A stretch of 64,000 nucleotides of DNA from Paraspadella gotoi (taxonomy: Eukaryota; Animalia; Chaetognatha). Position numbers and translations under genes: made by a program. Below are positions 50,795 to 64,000 of this stretch, one piece after another (position 1 is the first letter of the stretch; the number at the start of each line of letters is the position of its first letter). Under the pieces are notes generated by a model. It was not told the origin of the DNA. It saw only the letters and a program-made list of their open reading frames with translations, and did not search any database. Location of the stretch: the NCBI GenBank assembly GCA_051294375.1, contig CM119271.1:9563308-9627307 (forward strand), given 5' to 3'.

Positions 50795-52570
50795 CCTCCC
50801 AGAAAAATTATTTATGATGGTTCTGGTGCGAAATTGATCAAGAGTATACCAACCAAACCATGATGCTTAGCAGGATTCCAATTCCAATTAAAGGTAATCT
50901 TTATTTTCAAAATGAAATTAAAAAGGTTTTTGTGCCAAATTTAGTGGAGAAAACGAATATCACAATAAAAAATTTCCCTGAATGCTCTTGATGGATTTTC
51001 TATGCCAGTTTTTGTGTCGTACCACTTCCGGTTTTAAAAAATCAAGATCTTTGGAAAAAAATAAGCTGTTATTCAGCCAGCATACTTAAATTAATCAAAA
51101 TAAAGTTATTATTAACCTTATTACTAAATTTTTTGTTGTGGTTTATAAATAAGGTTAAAAAATTATTTTTACGAAAGATTTTAAATTAGAAATTATTAGT
51201 TTTTTTAAGCCAAATCGTCCTGACCAAATTACTCTACCAATTCTAATAATATTTTTTAAGAAAGTATGATTTGGTTATACAAATAGAACTCTCTAAGGGA
51301 TTTTTAATATTTAATTTTTAGGCCAAGATATTAGCCTTTAAAGGTTTGCCAAATGATGCAAAAAGAAAGTAGCAAATTAGATAGAAGGCGCCTTGGCCTT
51401 TGTGGCAAGCCTCCCACTCAACCTTAACCCTAAACCTTTCCTCCAACCTAAACCTTAGCCCAGGCCTTTTATTCATTTGCAAGCCTCAACCCTAATCTTA
51501 ATGTCCCTAGTACAAGCCTTTCTTAGCTAGATAACAGCAATATTATCTTTTGGCGAGGTTGCCATGATTAAGTATTGCGATTTTTCAATTTGGACAGGCT
51601 CAGAAAAGGACAGGAAGCTTGGGTTAGGGTTAGGGAAGGAAATTAAGGATTAAAGTTTGGTCTTATTGATGGCCAGGAGGCAGGGATGCCTCAGTTGAGG
51701 CTCAGAGGTGAACCTCAGGCTGAGGTGAGGGTTGGTGGAGAGGCTCTGGAGTGATGCAGGGTTAGGGATCTGGCATGAGGCCTAGGTTAGGGTTAGGGCT
51801 AAGGAAGTGGCTCTCTGCAGATGTCACCAGCCTGGGAAACTGGTTAGGGTTTGGATCAAGGACCGGTTTGGGGTGAAAGTTGAGCAGGAAGTACACTAGC
51901 TTGGGTTAAGGTTAGGAGAGAGGCTGCTCAGGTTAAGAAGCCCATGTTAGGGTTAGGGCAAGGTTAGATATCCCAAGCCAGGGAAACTGATTAAGATTAA
52001 GGTTTTGTTCAGGGCCCAGTTTAGGATTAGGGTTTAGGGAAAGGCTTGCTCGCTGCAAAGGCTAAGTCGCCTTCCATCTAATTCGCTACTTTCTTTTTGA
52101 ATTACCTGGTAAACTTTTTAAAGGCCAATATCTTGGTTTAAAGATTAAAGATTTAAAATCCCTTAGACAGTTCTATTTGTTTAACCAATAGTAAAATTTA
52201 ACTAAAATTAGTTGAGTAGTTTGGTCAGGGCTGTTTTGGATTAAAAAAATTATGAATTTTTAACTTGAAGCCTTTTGTAATAATATTTTTATAACCTTAT
52301 TTATAAACCAAAACAAAAAATGTAATATAAAGGTTAATGGTAACTTTATTTTGATTAATTTAAGTATGCTGGCATAATAACAGCTTATTTGTTTCCAAAA
52401 ATCCTGAATTTTTAAAACGGGAAGTGGTTCGACACAAAAACTGGCGTGAAAAATCCATAATGGACATCCAGGAAAATCTTTTATTGTGATATTCGTTTTC
52501 TCTACTCAATTTGGCACAAGAAGCTTTGCAGGTATCAGGAACTTTCATAAATGTATGATATTTCTGGGAG
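50795..52570. mobile_element. Foldback element with ~500-bp inverted arms and a telomere-like core
   Basis: ~50922-51410 is the reverse complement of ~52040-52526 (e.g. gccagcatacttaaattaatcaaaataaagtta / taactttattttgattaatttaagtatgctggc); core has many ggttaggg and ccctaa motifs. Confidence 0.8.
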
Positions 52571-54947
52571 CTCTCACCCAAGTCCATAATCCTGAACACT
52601 CTGGCGAGCTCCCCGCAAAAAGAAAAAGAAACCCTACCATCTCCACCGCTTTTACCGGAAACGATGCAATGGGAGGCGACGACCCCCTACACCCGTCACC
52701 AAAAGCTTGACGACGCCCACTGATGATATTAAAGGACCTAAGTGGGCGTCTCCATTCGGGGGGGAGCACAAGATAGACGGGCGGTAATCGCCGGAGTCTT
52801 CCTCCTCCCGACTCTCCCCGCTCGCCTCTCGGAATTCTTCTCCTCATCCTCCTCCTCCCATCACCCCCTCCTCCTCATCCCTACGGACGATCCTCGGGAG
52901 CGGGTCAGAGATAGTCGTGCTCCATCGCCCATTGATACCTCACCTCTCCTCCCTCTCCCTCTTATTTTGTACTTACCTGTCCTTATACCAGTTTGCCGTG
53001 ACAATATACCTTACCCTTTACTTCTTAGTCTCTCTCCGCTAGACCCTAGTCAGATACTCTCTTCCTCTAGCTACCTAACCAGTAACCACCCATTCAGCCA
53101 TCCTAAAAAGGAACGTTTCAAAAGCAAATTTGAACAACTTCCTGTTATTAAAGGAAAAGAGTGGATCCAAAGAAGTTGGGATTCGAAAAGGTTTTAACAA
53201 CCTCAAAGGACCGATATGGTTTGAGGACTCTGAGACAGAACAACATCTCGGCAGCTGGGAAAAGAATACAAGGATGGCCATTGTTTACAGGAGATTAAAC
53301 TCATATACCTTGTTATATTCCTTTCATTTCAAAACGATTATTAGGAAAAAAAAAACAGATTTTTGTGTTCACAACGATTTTATTGACAGTTTAGATAGTG
53401 GTCAGATGTTTCGCAACGGCGAAAAGGGAGACAACGGCGGCGGCGGCGCGGTGGCGGGGGCGGCGGCGGCGCGGCGGCGGCGGCGACGACTGAACCCGCG
53501 AGCCATTACCCCCAGGAGCAGACTATTATCCTTAATTATTATATTTTTCAATATTACCACCATTTTACATCCCTGTTTATTTACTCCAATTATAGTTATC
53601 TCTTTTTTTTTAACATTGAATTAAAGTTATATAAAGAAAAACATCGATTTGGGAAACAGTGCTAATTTTATTTAGACCATGCATTCAAACTACTCGGTGC
53701 ATGAGATGACACTTAACAATGAATTAAAGTTATATTTTTAATCGGACAAAATACCTTTTTACATGATAAGCAAGAGTCAGCAGTGCAGCCGCTGCGGCGC
53801 AGCTGCCTTTTTTTAACGAATCTTAGCTGAGCCAGAGTCGAGATCAAAGTCTGTCATCATACTCTCAGGAAAATTAAAAGAACAAAGAGCCGAATAAATC
53901 ATTTGAAAGGATTGGAGGCGTGGGAGGCGTCACCCTCGTCATTCATCACGGATCGCCGAGACGGACTTCGTCAGGGCCAATGAATAAATGAAAAAAATAG
54001 TGGCATCTCTCATCAGTGATGCCAACAACCACAGCCATGCTGACTGCTGGCAACTGCATCCTGAAAAACGCCGACAGACGAGTTGGAAACTCTCCTCCCA
54101 CATTTTCTAAATCATCTTCGCCTCCATCCTTCGCTGCGACGCCGACGACGCGCCCAATGAAACCGGAAGTGCGCAGGCCGATGAAGCTCCACGCCCACTC
54201 ACCACAACTACAACTACCAAAATGGGAGTAACCACAACCACTGACACTATAATGATGATAACCACTACTATGGCTTTCACATACAGTGTACTCATACAAA
54301 CTGGTGCACGCATGCATTTTGCATGCAGAAGCGTACACTTACAAATCTTATACATGTCTTATTTGGCTAAAAAGAGAGTGAATGGCATCACTGTTATTTC
54401 TGTCTCTCTCTCTCTCTCTCTCTCGCTCTGTCTTATAAATGAATAAATGAGAGAATGAAAAAAAAGGTAGAGAAAAAAACAAACAAATAATTAGGATGCA
54501 CCAGTCTGAATGTAATAAAAAATGAATAAATGACAAAAAAATTAACAAATGTTAAATATTGAAGACGAATGAAAAACATGAAAAAAGAAACGAACAGAAG
54601 AATAGAATAAAATGATTTGTCATCTTATGATATGAAATGATATGTGATAATCACAAATTAAAAGATTCATCATGACTTATCATCTTATTAGCTGCTTTCC
54701 GCTAAATTATCGCACGCAGAGCCGACATTGTTTGCTCAATCTTGTTTCTGTTGATATTTTGCGTAATGTGTTAGAAATCAAAAAGCCACTGGAAAGGGGG
54801 TCATTGAGAATTGTTGGGGTTGGGGTAGGGGACCTTGGGATGTTGGGGTCGACTGTTATTAAATGTAAAGTAAATAGTTTAGCAAAAAGAGTAATTTTTC
54901 ATGTAGTTAAAGAAAAGAATATTTACATTCTTAGTTTAAAGGAAAAT

Positions 54948-55174
54948 GGAATTACACGGATTTAAAATGGGGGTGAAATGAAAAGATCAAATACTGTGGC
55001 TTAATTAATAATTATAATTATAATTTTTAGCGACTTCAAATTTTGCAACGTCAAATTTTAAACGTCAGGGAATTATCTAATTAATAAAATGATAAAATAT
55101 CAATCATAGTGAGTCGGTTAAGAATAATAACAAATCTTTTCATTTCATTTCCGATTTTAAATCCGTGTATTTTC
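54948..55174. mobile_element. MITE-like element with ~40-bp TIRs; related partial copy at ~39912-40010
   Basis: ggaattacacggatttaaaat..gaaatgaaaaga / tcttttcatttc..attttaaatccgtgtatttcc. Confidence 0.65.
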
Positions 55175-55360
55175 CACGTGACATTAGACATAAAAAAAAA
55201 AAAAACTGTTTCGTGTCAACAACAAAATGGTTAAGATATCTTGAATTGGTGAAATTCCGTCAGGAGCGGCGGCTGAAGCGGGCTGCGGCGGCTGAAGCGG
55301 GCTGAAGCGGCCACGGGAGCGGAAACGGGCGCGGAGGTGGAACCGTAGGAGAGGACAACG

Positions 55361-56347
55361 TCAACGCCACGGCGGCGTTGCGCACTCACTGGAGTCGAAC
55401 ACTGGAGGAACATAAATTTTATTTGAGTGAACAAACAAAGATATTTAGGCGCGAGATTGAATAAAAAAAAATATTTTGCTTGTATTGTTTAGGGAACAGT
55501 ATTATTAATTACAATATATTTATAGTAATATCCTTAAAAAAGAATAAATTTTAAAAATAATTTTCAAAAATATTTTATGAAGGATTCTGATTCTCCATAA
55601 AAAGTTAGATTAAAAATATAAAATATGTTATTAAAAAATTCAATGTCTTCAGCGTCAAAAATAGGAAAAAAATGTTAAAATTCTTTACTTTTTCACGCTC
55701 TGTAGTAAAAAGTAACAACTTTTTATCATATAATAGTTTTAGTCATTTTTTGCAGCTTTAACCTAAAAATATCATAAAACATATTTTTAAAAAAGTTTTT
55801 CTTTTTTTTTTCCGGCGAATCCGAAACTGTTCTTAAAATTGAAAAAAATATGATTTTGAAATTTTATGATTTTATAAGGATATTACTATAAAGAAAAATT
55901 TTAAAGAAAGTACTCACGCGGTGGTGAAACAGAGGGAGATGGCGATGGCGCCGCTACCGGCGTCGTCGGCGTTGGCGGCGTCAGCGGAGATGGCGGCGCA
56001 CGCGGGAACGCCGCGGCGTCCCTTGAATAGGCGTTTGCTACGGATAACGCAAACAGCTGCATTCTCTGCGACATCTGCAGCATCATCGCCAACATCGGAT
56101 CAAACTCCGGACTGATCTGGTCGGTCGAAGTCGACGCGGACGGCGGCGTCGTCTGCGGCGTCTGTGGCGACGGCGGCGTCGTCTGCGGCGTCTGTGGCGA
56201 CGGCGGCGTCGTCTGCGGCGTCTGTGGCGACGGCGGCGTCGTCTGCGGCGTCTGTGGCGACGGCGGCGGCGGCGGCGGCGGCGGCGTCGCCGTCGATACC
56301 TTTCCCGGCGGAGCCGGTTCTCTCGTCGTGTTGTCGTTGTTGTTCAT
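55361..56347 (-). CDS. Putative two-exon Pro/Thr-rich orphan protein with 9-aa repeats (PPSPQTPQT-type; 27-bp unit x4 at ~56140-56265)
   Basis: ATG 56347, GC-rich frame to a gtgagt donor at ~55918; acceptor ~55402 gives LFDSSECATPPWR*. Confidence 0.45.
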
Positions 56348-59054
56348 TTTTTTTTGAGTTTGAGAAAAATAACAAATGAAGGAAGTAGGCGCGGTTTATT
56401 GTGTATTTATTTATTCAAATAAAGGAGAAGATAACGATAATTGAGGGAGATTATGATGATTAAAACGATGCTTCAAAATGCAAAAGTAAATAAATTCGGG
56501 AACTTGGGAATTTTCGATGTGAGTTTCTTGAAGGAAAGTTGAAGACTGCCTCGTTTCTTCTCTCATCTCTCTCCCGTCGATTCCGCGAGGGAAGCCGCCT
56601 CCCCGATTGGTCGAGAGAGAAGCCTCCTCTCTGATTGGTGAGATGAAAAGCCAAAAAAGCCAAACGAGACGAGCGAGACAAGCGAGACAAGCGAAACAAG
56701 CTACCTGATCAATCCGTTTCCTGCAATGTCACCCCCAAGATTATGTTTCGAAGACAGAAAACGAAAGTAGTAGTTTTTCAAATGTTGAGTAAAGCTTGAA
56801 AGGTTCTCTTTTATACCGAAGAAGAATGAATTATTTCACAAAGTAATTCAACCGCAAAAGAAATAAACGAATATTACGAAACGGAATGTCGGCAAAAACA
56901 CGTGGAAAAAAAAGTTCCTGTTTACACGGTCACTAGGCAACGATCTTGTAAGACAAAGAGAAAGAACGACAAAACGAAAGAAATAAAGAAATAAAGAAAT
57001 TCATAGGTTAAGAAATGGAATCTCTGGCCAAAACGCGAAGAAGGAAGTTCACTAGAAAAGCGTGATGATAAGTAAATAATTTGAGATAAAGAAATGTTCG
57101 TCATTTCAAAAAAATTCGCAACGGTTTTCCCACCGGTAGCCGGTTTATACGGTTACTACCTGTGGTGGCCAGGAAGAGAATGAAAAGTCAAATAGCAAAG
57201 CTAAAAGAGACAGGATTTCAGAAAGGGGTGAAATAGTAGATACGGCAGAGGGGGCGGAGAGAGAGTTGCTCGGGAATCTCTCATTCTCTCTCTTTCTTTC
57301 TCTCTCTCTTCTTTCCTCTCATCATTTTGTAAATTGATGTAGCTTTAGGAGCACAATGTAGTCGGTTTCCTGTAGCTGTTTCCTTATGCAAATCATCTCT
57401 CTCTCTCTCTATCTCTCTCTTTCCTCTCGACGGACCGTCAGTGATAAGCGATCACCTCATTCTTATTTTTAGCTTCTTTTGGTCTCTGTTTTTGTGACAG
57501 CGATCAATTATTCAAAACCCGCGTGTATTTTATAGAATATTTTAAATGTTTTTAAAGAAAATTATGTGAATTATGTCAAAGTCAGAGGCAGATAGCTTAT
57601 TATATTAAATGAATGGATAATTTTTATATTGGTTGTCCCAAATTAATACAAATGAAAGAAAGAAGAAACAAAGGAAAAAATCTATTTGAAAAGAATAGAA
57701 ACGCAAAGTCCGGACAAAACACGTGGAAAAAAAAGTTCTGTTTTCGCAGTCATTAGGCAACGGTTTGAAAGACAGAAAAACAGAAGAAAGAAAGAAGTTT
57801 GAGCAAACAATGTCGGATCTGTCCACGATCATTAGCGGTAACCGGTAATTAATTAATTAATTAAATATTATAAAGTATGCATAACTAAATAATAATTTAA
57901 TTAATAAATTAATTAATTTGATCCAAAATGTTTGTTTTAAGGTCTTTTTGTCACTGACCATGACAAAAGCAGCGACGACGATAATGGGGACGATGACAAT
58001 ATAATGATTGACTTAAATTGATTGATTGATTAAATAATTAATTAATTTATAAATAAATTGATTGATTAAATAATTATTAATAGATAACTAAATATATTGA
58101 TGAATAATTAATTAATTGATTTATTGACCGATTAATTATTTAATAATTAATTGACTAATTGATTAATTAACTGATTAATTATTGAGAATTAATACATCTT
58201 GCATTTATATTTAATATAAAAAGAAAAAGAAGCATAATCAATTAATGAAACAGGTTTTTTGTTTTTTCCATTTAAACTCATTTCCACTTAGACAATTCCA
58301 ACGAAAATTGATTCCAGCTTAAAACACACATACCCACATACAAAATTCAAGTCAATCAACCCGTCCACTAATGAGTAATTGGCGTTCAAATAGTAAAATA
58401 GATTTTTTTGTTTTTTCACTTAAACACATTCCACTCGCATGATTTCATTAAACTTTTCATACAACTCAATCACACACTAAGGGGACGGACAGATGACGAA
58501 TGGACGGACAGACAGACTGATGGACGGACATTTTTTTTTTGCATATTTATCATAATCGAATTCTGACATGATATATATAGTGCCTGACAATATTGAGGGG
58601 TGACCGACGGACCGACAAGGGATTATAGAGTCGGAATCTGCTGATAAGCAGATCCGACTAAAACAGAATATTAAAAAAATACTGCAATCATTATTAATCA
58701 TAAAATTGTTAGTCATTCAATTAATCACTGAATCAATCAATTTTCAATGAAATAAATAAATCGGGAAAATACATGAATGAAAATATCTATAAATCAATAA
58801 ATAATCAATTAAGTCATTAAATTAAGCACCGAATTCATTATTAAATCAATCAATCTCGGGACGAATAAATTAATTAAACAAATCAAATAAAATCAACGAA
58901 ATTAATAAAAACGAATCAACTGATCAACCAATCATTCGAATCAAATCGTTTGAACCATAAGTCAATTAATCTAATGAACGAACCAATCAATCAATTAGAG
59001 AGATAGTACACACATCAATCGAATCAATCCATCAATCGATAACGCCCTCCCCAC

Positions 59055-60250
59055 CTGACTCTCGAGGACAAAACGATGGAATGTACGAGAATGGAGACGG
59101 TCTTCTCTCGACTGTCGTTCTCTTCTCCGCCGCGTCGACGTGCGATCGCCGAGTCCTGACGATCATCTGGCGGTGTGCCGGAGGTGGAGGGGGGGAGAAG
59201 AGATCAGTGAGGAGAGGACCGGACCGACCAGTCTCGAAGATTTACCAATCGATCGCAACATTTAGTACTCGACGAGTAGAAGTCTTGACGAACTGAATGA
59301 TCGAGAATGTAATTTCAAGTAATTGATCTAACTGCTCGACCAACCAACTAGACATGACTGACTAACCAAATAAGCAACGACCGACCAACTCGCTGAGAAT
59401 TTTGACAATCGATAAACTGACAAAAAATTAAAATACGAACAACCTATGAACCGATCAAGTTCTGATGATTGATCGATCATTAATTTAAAGACAGAATAGC
59501 TTGACTGACTGACAAACCATTCTGCAACAACCATGGATTCACTTGACAATTAAATGATTGATCAAAAAAAACTTTAAAACTAATGATTGAGTCTTAAAAA
59601 TTGATCGATTGATTGTAAAATTTAAATGCCAACCAATTGACCGATCGAAGCCCGTGGGTTCATGACGATTAAGCACGATCAAAGGGAGAATTTTAAGTTC
59701 ACGTCGACCTTCGGAATCTAGACGTGTGTACTGTCGAACCGAACGTTAACTCGGCCCCCAATTAATCCTCACCTTTGACGGCAGTTTGACCCTGTCAAAA
59801 CTCGGTGGTTCGGCCGAAGGTGATAGACTCCGTTCCGTCCTCAATGTCCTTGAAGAACTGCTGGCGTCGGAGGTAAGTGGGCTGGTAGTCCGCGACGTTT
59901 GGCTGCCAGAAGAGCTCTCATCCTTCCTGGTCTGTGGGCCGGGCCAGTCGTCGAGGCATTGACGGTGAGTCCCTTGTGGGATGCCTTGAGAAGTGCCGAG
60001 TGTGTCGGCCGGATGGCTTGGAGGAGTGGAGAGTGAAGGTGGGCAATATCTTGCGACATGAGTCCCGCTGGGATCACCTCGGATCGATGGGTCTGAACGC
60101 CTATTTGTTCAAACCCCGCTGTGATTGAGGGATACCGTCGCCGCTGTAAGAACGAGCCGGGATCTCGACAGGATTCCTGTTGGTGACCCCAATTTCGATT
60201 CGCTGAGGACTGTCCTGTTTAGTGACCTCCGACTGAACCTTTCAAACGCT
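59055..60250 (-). other. Possible exons of an unidentified gene (~60250-59775 and ~59165-59055)
   Basis: GC-rich blocks bounded by cag/gt; one minus frame is open except for a single TGA; Ser/Pro-rich, no homology recognised. Confidence 0.3.
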
Positions 60251-60776
60251 GCAGCGTCCGATAGCAAAAAAAAAAAAGATTTGACGGATCAAAAATGGCT
60301 GAACTCGAAAAATCGCTAAGAGAAAAATTTGAGTTTAAAGAGAAATTTTTCGATCGCTCAGTTTTGTGTGGAACGAAAGTCGAGATCAGGTCTAATGTTG
60401 GAAGCGATTTTGGGATGCCGCGTTCTTATTTCACAGTTCTATTTTTCGATAGCTTCATTTTATAACAATTTTAATCAATTTTACGTATCAAAATAACATC
60501 TCAAAACAAAAGAAACGATATATAAAGAAAATTTATTAAGCAACGACTCAATGTGAGTCAAGCGTTTGATTGTTTTTTTTATAAACCCAAGAAACAAAAC
60601 TTAAAAAAACATTGATCAAAATTCAAGCGAGAAGTTATCAATCGAAACGTATAAGATCTAAATTCCAGAGTAGATTTTTAATTCATACGCGTACATAACT
60701 TGTGCCATCTGCAATACGTAGCTCATCTAATTCCATTGCCCTCACCAATATCTGTGTCATTTCAAACCTCTTTCAT

Positions 60777-63700
60777 TTACACCCATCCTTTCCATTCCAC
60801 TCTTCTCTTCATCTTCACCCAATCTCTTTCCATTCCCACCCAATCTCTTTCCATCCCACCTTCTCTTTCATTCCACAATCTCTTCATTCCACCCAATCTC
60901 TTTCCATTCCCCAATCTCTTTTTCACCCATCTCTTTCCTTTACCCTTCCCACCCATCTCATCCACAATATCATCCAAATCAACCAACAGATCAACTTCTG
61001 GTTCTCGTCTCTTCTCAACTTCCCTCTCAACCGAATTCAACCCTCAATCTCCTCCCCTTCGACTCCTCCCTCCCTCCTCCCCAACCCTCTCTTCCTCCCC
61101 ACCTCCCCAGCTTCCTCCAGCAGCTCGTCATCTCCTCTTCCTCCTTCTCCTCCACATCCTCGTCGAAGTCGTCGGCGAAAGTCCAACCGCCGTCGGCGAC
61201 TCCGGCGACGCGGCCGAGTTCGATCTCCACGGGGAAATTGTCGCTGAGGCTGCGGACGACGTCCAGGGAGTCTTGGTAATACTTGAGCAGCACCTCCACG
61301 AACCGTTGGAGCTGGAAGACGGTGTCCTTTGGAGGAGGAAGTGGGAATGACGTCTGGAAAATTGCAACGAGCTTGCAGCGATTTTTAAATTTGCTATATG
61401 CTTGCTTCGAGTTTAATTATAGCTTTGTTAACTATTCATTCAGATTCTACTTTTTCTTGGATTGATTGGTTCATAAAAATTTCTATCAAAACTTTCAAAT
61501 GTACAATGCGACTTTTAGTTAAATATACTTATCGATCTCTGAATTACTAGTACGGACCCGTATTAATCTTTTACTACAACATTAGATTATTCAAACTCAC
61601 TTCTGCTCCAGCAGTATAGTAGATTTTTAACTCACTACAGCTGTCCTGCTAAGCCAAATACTTTACTGCTCGCTCCACTTACCTGAACCTGCTTCGACTC
61701 CAACAGCTCCAGCTTGACCATCACGTCGCTCCTGCTCTTTGGCGAATCGCGAACTGGCGAGTTGGCGGCAACGAAGGACGACCCTGTAGTCGTAGTTGCC
61801 GTTTCCACCCTGTAGAGGGGATCGTCAACCACTGAGGAGAAAGAAGAAGGAATCAATCAATCGTTAAAGTAGGAATCCAATTAATCAATTAATCAATAAA
61901 CCTTTTTTAAACTTTTTATTCATTCAATCAATTTACAAATGAAATAATAAATATATTCAAACATTCCATTGATTGAACAATTAATAAAAAAAAACCAAGC
62001 GAATTATCATAATCAATCAAATTTACAATTCGTCACGAACTCATGCAAATCATCAAATCAATCAATCGATAAATCCGTCTTTTCATAACGAACAAATCAA
62101 TCTAATCAATCAATAAAATCAATAATCAAATCATCAACAATCAATCTCTTAAAAAACAAATCATAAACAAAACCCATCAATCAATCAAATCCAATCAAAT
62201 CGATAAACGACTCACCCGCCGCCCCGTACTCCTCGTCGTCCATCTCCTTGACCTTCAAACAATAAGACAAATACTCGAACTTGACGTCCGCGTATTTCTT
62301 GATCGTCATCCGTATGTCCGGGACGGCCCTGATGAGGAACGTCCCCAGATCCCCGATCATCGGCTTCAACGTCCGGACGGCGTCGACGACGAGGCGCTCG
62401 AGGCCGCGATGCGCCACGCCCACGCGAGCGCGCCTCCGACGCCGAGGGAAAAGGGCGTGGACGCCGGCGTCGGAGAAGGCGGCGGCGAAGACTCGGTAGA
62501 CGTCCGCTATGGAGAGCATGGATCTGGAAAAGGGGGGGAGGCGAGGGGTTGGGTGGGGGGGTTTGGTGGTTTTGATTGGAGAGAACGTTATTATGTGGAT
62601 GGAGTTGTAAAAAATGATCGTTGACGTTTAGTTAAAACGAGGTAATTATTAAGCGAAGGCGAGTAATAGGTTGACAATAGTTTTATTAGCGACGGACAAT
62701 GTTAAGGTGATGACAAAGTTAATGACGACACGACGGCAAAGGTTACGATAAATAATTAATATACAATTATTAAACGAAGAAGGATTGTTTCTTGAGTTCG
62801 GATGTCGAGGAGAATGCCTCGAGGTCCTCGGCAATCTCGGCCATCGACCCTTAAGTCTCTCTGTCGGTCATTGCAGGTTTCAATATAGTAAACTGTGAAT
62901 GATTCGAAATACGACGAGCAATCACACACAGGCCGTTTGTTTTTGGATTTTTTTTTATCGTCTTTTCCGCACTTTTTGTGTAAGTTGTCTTGTTTTTAAG
63001 TTGTTGCATTGTATTGTCGTTGTTTTGTTGTTCGTAGTCGTAGTGTTGCCGCTTCATGTTGTTTTGCTAATTGTTTCCTTCACCGGTAGTTATTTTTTGT
63101 ATCTTTGTGATAGTATTTATTAAGTCAGCGGAATTGTTGTTTTTATTTAATTTATGTTGTTTTTCGTTGTCTTTGTGTATATCCAACCTGAGAAGTCGTC
63201 TTATGTGCGCAATGAGGCCGCGAAAGTTTTCAGCTTTTGCTTCCAAATCTTCGAGTTTCTTCACCAAAACGTCGTTGCAAAGAATCGCGCGACTCAAACC
63301 TAAATTGTATAAATATACACTGATACATTTTAGAGAAACAAAGTTTTTTATTGTTAAAACGATTTCTTTTTGGTAAAATAAAATGGACACTTTTCGACTC
63401 TATGGTTGCGAGTCTTCATCAACGCAAAGTGATACATAGATAAAAAAAATACTTCATATTGTTTATTTTAAAAGACTTTGAAAATTCAAATTTTTACCAG
63501 GACGTCGGCGGTGGACGATGACATTGATTCGACGAAACGATGCTTCACCTGAGAAGATGGAAAATCGGAAGAAGGTGATGAGATGGAGTGGAAAGAGATA
63601 GATAGAGACAGAGTCTAATACAGAGAGATAGACAGACAGACAGATATGACAGAACCACATACAGAGGACGGAAAGACGCCCCGGCAGACAGAAGAGAGAT

Positions 63701-64000
63701 TGACAGACAGAGAAGAGGAGACAGAAAGAGAGAGATAAACCAAGAGACAGACAAGGGACGGATAGACGGGCGTTGATGCAATCTTAGACTTACTCTTTTT
63801 ATTCCTCACCTTTTTCAGATCTATATCGATGCATTTTCCCTGAGATGCGTCGCGTGAAGTTTGTTGAAGTTATGGTGACCTGAGATAAATATTTAGCTAA
63901 TATTTTAAAATAGCGAAAAGATTTGATTAATTCATACATTCATTCATTCATTCTTATCATTCTTCTCTTCATCACTCTCAGCCCCCGATTTCCTGGATCA
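60777..64000 (-). CDS. PICK1: PRKCA-binding protein PICK1 (end of PDZ, BAR/AH domain, acidic tail); 5' end outside window; several indels; stop uncertain (61027 or ~60777)
   Basis: VKHRFVESMSSSTADVL, GLSRAILCNDVLVKKLEDLE, AVPDIRMTIKKYADVKFEYLSYCLKVKEMDDEEY, PLYRVET-GNYDYRVVLRCRQ and VFQLQRFVEVLLKYY match PICK1 in order. Confidence 0.93.
63329..63429 (-). mobile_element. Degenerate hammerhead-family element in a PICK1 intron with 8-bp TSD
   Basis: Minus strand TTGATGA-AGACTC-GCAACCATA-GAGTC-GAAA-AGTG-TC, then aaatcgtt and aactttgtttctctaa; tgatacat at 63321-63328 and 63430-63437. Confidence 0.65.

Noticed and set aside
56830-57800. ~100-bp direct repeat pair (near 56895 and 57716) as LTRs
   Set aside because: No TG..CA termini, PBS or PPT found; treated as an unclassified duplication.
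60700-61350. 216-aa and 181-aa plus-strand ORFs
   Set aside because: Antisense to the last PICK1 exon and a low-complexity pyrimidine-rich tract.

Overview
Animal (probably invertebrate) nuclear DNA: GC-rich exons, AT-rich microsatellite-laden introns, degenerate TTAGGG tracts. Recognisable genes: EFCAB7 (-, runs off the left edge, with an RFX X-box upstream), a class-III-like alcohol dehydrogenase (-), a ~24-kb multi-exon type I membrane protein gene (-, 6966-31195) built from repeated hevein-like, 'CCAPG' Cys and EGF modules, and PICK1 (-, runs off the right edge). Introns of the large gene host an antisense FIBCD1-like fibrinogen-domain gene, two paralogous coiled-coil orphan ORFs and two tRNA-Arg(CCT) cassettes. 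About 31.3-55 kb is nested mobile DNA: solo-LTR-like repeats, a tRNA-Leu-primed LTR element whose 3' LTR is split by a 6.3-kb Mutator-like insertion, gypsy gag/protease/RT remnants, virus-like accessory ORFs and foldback elements with telomere-like repeats. The most distinctive signal is a dispersed family of ~100-190-bp insertions carrying minimal hammerhead-ribozyme cores (CTGATGA...GAAACATGTC), several with 8-14-bp target-site duplications and inverted duplications. Frameshifts cluster in the first ~4.3 kb and last ~3 kb, which suggests consensus errors. Everything was read by eye; exon and repeat boundaries are approximate unless stated.
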